Origin: Opitutia bacterium | GTDB taxonomy: Bacteria > Verrucomicrobiota > Verrucomicrobiia > Opitutales > T3Sed10-336 | Assembly (NCBI GenBank): GCA_050506795.1 | Contig: JBJHCF010000012.1 | Span: 47,502-98,352, forward strand | Direction: 5' to 3' | Length of the DNA stretch: 50,851 nt | Shown: positions 47,120 through 50,851 of the stretch, piece after piece | How positions within the stretch are numbered: position 1 is the first letter of the stretch | Layout of the letters: the number at the start of each line of letters is the position of its first letter | Translations under genes and position numbers: made by a program | The notes under the pieces: generated by a model | Databases searched by the model: none | Told to the model about the DNA's origin: nothing | The model's input: the letters and a program-made list of their open reading frames with translations, nothing else

Positions 47120-47917
47120 ATGTTTCATCAAAATGCGACATCCTGGAGGCGGTTGAGATTAGTGTCATATTTGAAATGGATCCGATCTGACGTACGTTGG
47201 GTGTTTCGTAATTTTAGCATCTTTAGCGAAATTGGATGGCATCTTAGGTTTAAGGGGAATCAAAGCTTTTTTATGCCTGACAACTCGATTCTTCTTAGAT
47301 ATTCAAAACGCTTAGTTATAGAGGCAAATCCGAGAAAAATCCAAAAGACGGTTGCAAAGAGTGATATAAGAAACCTTGGGAGTGATTTTTTTTTTGAGGG
47401 ACACTATGAGTGGCCATACTTTCAAGATAATTTGGGTGGTATGGAGCGTGAGGAGTTATTTTACGAGATACCATTAAGAAGGTGTATTGAAGATCAAAAT
47501 GTGTTAAATGGAAAGAAGAGTGTATTTGATCTAGAGGTGGTCCAGAAGTTGATAGTAGAAATTGAAAAAGGCGTGTACCCGATTGTGAACGGAAAAGCGA
47601 TTCGGTCTGCCGAGCATCTTCAACGGTACTTACAGTTCTATTTAGACCTTGCCAAGTGCATACTTATACACGGCTACGATTCGAAGTTTGTGTTTAGGCA
47701 TATTGGTGTCATTGTGGATCAGAATGGGGAGTTAATTAAATTCACTGAAGGCAGACATCGTTTGATTATTTCACAAGCACTTAGATTAGAGAAGATCCCG
47801 GTCGAGGTTCGGGCAGTACACAAAGACTGGTTTAAGCGGTGTTGCGGGAAGTATGATGGATCAGCCTTGAATGCATTGAAACTCGGATTGGATGAAATCC
47901 GGGAAAGATACAATTAG
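47120..47917 (+). CDS. Hypothetical protein with a possible ParB/Srx-like motif
   Basis: AT-rich ORF in the operon; EGRHRLIISQAL...IPVEV. Start 47120 or 47105. Confidence 0.6.
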   Translation: MFHQNATSWRRLRLVSYLKWIRSDVRWVFRNFSIFSEIGWHLRFKGNQSFFMPDNSILLRYSKRLVIEANPRKIQKTVAKSDIRNLGSDFFFEGHYEWPYFQDNLGGMEREELFYEIPLRRCIEDQNVLNGKKSVFDLEVVQKLIVEIEKGVYPIVNGKAIRSAEHLQRYLQFYLDLAKCILIHGYDSKFVFRHIGVIVDQNGELIKFTEGRHRLIISQALRLEKIPVEVRAVHKDWFKRCCGKYDGSALNALKLGLDEIRERYN

Positions 47918-47980
47918 GTTTAAGTTTTTTCTAGCGTAGGAGTAGTTAAGGAAATCGAACAAAACAATTTTTGGATCTAA

Positions 47981-49198
47981 GTGAAAAACAGAAAGATTGC
48001 ATTATACTCATCGATAATTCCCCCAGAGCCGAGTGGTGCTGGTTTACGGGTATTACGTCATGCGAAGGCATTTTCGGAATTAGGAAAAATTGCGTTTGTT
48101 GTTACGGAGACTCAGGAGAAACCTGATGATTTTTTCAAGGACATTGAAATAGTTCATTTGGCTAGGCCGTGGAATATGAGGGGAAGGGTTGAAGTGAAAC
48201 AAAGGCGGGTTTTCGAGTTGTTTCTCGACCTGATTGATGACTTTCGCAGCTTTCTGGCTTGGTTTAACCTTTTATTGATTCGAGGAAAAGAGTTTGATAT
48301 ATTGCATTGTTTTGGCGTGGGCCGTTCCTTGCTGTTTTGCGTGTGTTTAGCACGTTTGTTTGGAAAGACAGTAATAGTGGAATATACGGTTCTGCCTGAG
48401 TATGAAACAATTTATTCTCAGAAAAAATCTTTGAATCCCGGGCGGATTCTCAAAAAATTTTTAACGAAGGTCAGTCATAGGATTGTGGCAATTTCTCCGG
48501 CCATCGAGAAGTACTGTCTGACACTGGGTATTAAGAAAGAAAAGATCGCTATGATCCCAAATGGTACAAATCCTGATCGATTCCACCCTCTGGAAAGGGA
48601 AAAACGGCTTGAAAGGAGAATTGAATTAGGTTTTTCGAAAAATCACTTTATTATTTTGAATGTCGGAGGGTTTACTCTAAGGAAGGGTATCGACACGACG
48701 CTCGAATGTTTTTTTCATCTACAAAATCATATTGAGAACCCACTACTTGTCTTGATTGGAACAAGTGATCTTGATGTTCACCGAAAAAACAGAAAGTTGA
48801 TTTTAGAGCCGCTTTTAAAAAAGGGCCTTGATCCTGGAAAAATCAAGTTCATGGGGAGGCTAAGAAATGTAGAAGAGTATATGCAGATTTCGGATGTTCT
48901 ACTCTTTCCAACAAGACGTGAAGGATTTGCGAATGTCATAATTGAGGCGATGGGGTGTGGGCTATGTGTTGTGACGAAAAAAATCAAGGGAATAACAGAT
49001 TTTATAATTAAAGACAAAATCGATGGTGTTCTTGTAGATTCAGATATCGCAACAGACTATACAAATGCGATTCTATCATTGTACGAAAACGAGGATAGAC
49101 GATTCTCTATCGAAAAGGTTGCTGTGGAATCAGTTGCTACGCGATTTACGGAAGACCGGATTAATGAAATGTATCATCGATTTTACGAATCCTTGTAA
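47981..49198 (+). CDS. Glycosyltransferase family 4
   Basis: IPNG, VGGFTLRKG, PTRREGFANVIIEAMGCG. Confidence 0.92.
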   Translation: MKNRKIALYSSIIPPEPSGAGLRVLRHAKAFSELGKIAFVVTETQEKPDDFFKDIEIVHLARPWNMRGRVEVKQRRVFELFLDLIDDFRSFLAWFNLLLIRGKEFDILHCFGVGRSLLFCVCLARLFGKTVIVEYTVLPEYETIYSQKKSLNPGRILKKFLTKVSHRIVAISPAIEKYCLTLGIKKEKIAMIPNGTNPDRFHPLEREKRLERRIELGFSKNHFIILNVGGFTLRKGIDTTLECFFHLQNHIENPLLVLIGTSDLDVHRKNRKLILEPLLKKGLDPGKIKFMGRLRNVEEYMQISDVLLFPTRREGFANVIIEAMGCGLCVVTKKIKGITDFIIKDKIDGVLVDSDIATDYTNAILSLYENEDRRFSIEKVAVESVATRFTEDRINEMYHRFYESL

Positions 49199-49376
49199 GG
49201 AGTTCGCGCTATAGAGGCATGCTGTTTTAAGACCGGCCTGGAGTGCTTATTGGAAGACCTGGGTTCATTTTTTTTGGTGTTTTTGCGCGGGTTACTTCCC
49301 ATCGAGTGCGAATTTTCAGAAAAACATCACAATACGTGAGTTGAGGTGGCTTTAACTAATGTAGTGTTTTATAAGA

Positions 49377-50657
49377 ATGCCAGAAAACATAAGAATCAAC
49401 CTTCTAATTGTCGCCCTTGCGATACCGATTGTAAATGCACTCGCAACGGTGTTCACGCCTTATTTTCCTTCCGGTGCGTTAAGTCCTGGTACGCTCCGTG
49501 CACTGGCTTTGGTTGGTTTTCTGTTTTTCTTCCTGCTAACAAGGCTGGAATGGAATTTGCCGAATAGCCTCATACTATTGTTCCTGGCTTATTACCTTGC
49601 TCTGACATTCACTCAAAGTAGTGATGCTTTTGGTGTTCTGTATTATTATTTCAGGATTTTTATATGGGCAATGTTGTTTCCAGTAGGGTATTATTTTTTT
49701 ACTACGATTGATTCCTTGCGGCAATTGTGCCTTTCCTATTTGTTTGTTTTGGTTATATTTAACATTGAGCTTGTTTTGGCGAATGTTTTTGGTTATGGCG
49801 TAATTAATTATGCCGAAGACACGGTTTCTTACGGTGCTGCTGGGGTCAATATTACTAAACAGATGGCGCTAATACTTCTGATGACGCCTCTCTTTTTTCG
49901 ATTGCTTAAAGGCAAATGGGTTGGAAACTTGCTAATTGCATCATTCTTTCTGAGCAGTGTGTTTGTTCTATTGGGATTGAAGCGATCAGCATTGGGGTCA
50001 ATTATCATCGGTTTCTTTATCTATTTGTTTTTGACACCTGAGCGTGGACGTGCAATCAGGGTTACAGTTGGTATAGGCATTTTGATACTATCGGCATCGC
50101 CTTTCTATGTCGATATGCTTATTGAAAGATATGAGGCACGGCGTGACGCTATAGCAGTTGTTACTGAGAGAAATATTGAGGACGAAGGACGGTTCGATAA
50201 AGACATATTGCCAGCGATTGAATTATGGATGGATGGGGACCTCCGGCATAAATTGTTTGGAAGTGAAATTTTTAGGCCGGAGCTTGTTGCTGCTGGGCGG
50301 ACCATGCATGTGGATTATGCAAGAAACCTCGTTGGGACCGGCTTAATAGGTCTGATTCTGTTTTTTGCAATTCACATCGGCATTGCCCTTGAGGCAATGA
50401 AGTATTTTCGAGTGTGTTCAAATCAGTTAATTGCGAGAGAAGTCTTTGCAGTTTTTTGGGCGTTGATGGCCGCCATTGTTATTATGGGCATTGCGGGTAC
50501 AATGTGGGGAATTGGCAATCGTGCGATATTGTTTCTTTTTTGGGGTGCATTGGTTGGAGTTCTGCGTGGACTTGCGCTTGAAAAAATTAGAACCGGTTCT
50601 GGTGATATGAGCTCGTTTCATGGCTCTGAACACGAATTACAGGATTTGCGACGCTAA
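49377..50657 (+). CDS. O-antigen/polysaccharide polymerase or ligase (Wzy-like)
   Basis: About 11 hydrophobic helices, LKRSALG, periplasmic loop with HVDY...GLIGL; end of the GT operon. Confidence 0.75.
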   Translation: MPENIRINLLIVALAIPIVNALATVFTPYFPSGALSPGTLRALALVGFLFFFLLTRLEWNLPNSLILLFLAYYLALTFTQSSDAFGVLYYYFRIFIWAMLFPVGYYFFTTIDSLRQLCLSYLFVLVIFNIELVLANVFGYGVINYAEDTVSYGAAGVNITKQMALILLMTPLFFRLLKGKWVGNLLIASFFLSSVFVLLGLKRSALGSIIIGFFIYLFLTPERGRAIRVTVGIGILILSASPFYVDMLIERYEARRDAIAVVTERNIEDEGRFDKDILPAIELWMDGDLRHKLFGSEIFRPELVAAGRTMHVDYARNLVGTGLIGLILFFAIHIGIALEAMKYFRVCSNQLIAREVFAVFWALMAAIVIMGIAGTMWGIGNRAILFLFWGALVGVLRGLALEKIRTGSGDMSSFHGSEHELQDLRR

Positions 50658-50775
50658 TGAAGGTTTTAAGTGAATGAATTAAACGTCCATCTATTCGTGC
50701 GAGGAGAAAATTATATCTCTCTAGACCCTCTAGTCCCAAAAAAATGTGAATAGATTGTGGATACGTAACCTTGAA

Positions 50776-50840
50776 AATGGCCTCCTGAAAGGGTTAGATT
50801 TGAATTGAAGATAAAAAACAACCCGAAACAGGAGGCCATT
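50776..50840 (+). promoter_or_regulatory. Inverted repeat covering the RBS of an ORF that starts at 50844 and is cut by the window end
   Basis: AATGGCCTCCTG (50776-50787) and CAGGAGGCCATT (50829-50840); GGAGG lies in the right arm. Confidence 0.5.
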
Positions 50841-50851
50841 AAAAATGAAGG

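Overview
GC-rich bacterial chromosomal window. The gene order rplY-pth-rpsF-ssb-rplI-dnaB-bamA-skp-lpxD-prs, with no rpsR, suggests Verrucomicrobiota/Opitutia (inference). 1-12.4 kb is housekeeping, ending with degP and gluQ. From 12.7 kb to the end is a large surface-polysaccharide region. Embedded in it (13.8-23.5 kb) is an unusual lasso-peptide-like RiPP cluster. It has two tandem Ser-start asparagine-synthetase/lasso-cyclase paralogues and a 48-aa precursor missing from the ORF track (17881-18027, YxxPxLxxxGxxxxxT leader). It also has a phosphoribosyltransferase-like protein fused to a PqqD/RRE domain, a membrane-spermidine-synthase-like fusion and an HPr-kinase-like protein, but no recognisable B2 leader peptidase. 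The downstream polysaccharide operon has rmlB/rmlA, an aminotransferase, ATP-grasp enzymes, a phosphonopyruvate decarboxylase with no PEP mutase in view, wzx, glycosyltransferases and wzy. It is interspersed with several repeat systems: heptamer arrays in alternating orientation that flank a four-helix-bundle gene and sit in-frame inside enzymes, palindromic cassettes around a GxxExxY nuclease gene that carry copies of its 5' end, IS4-like MITEs with 10-bp target duplications, and GTAG REP doublets. Product calls come from motif recognition by eye; no database searches were run.
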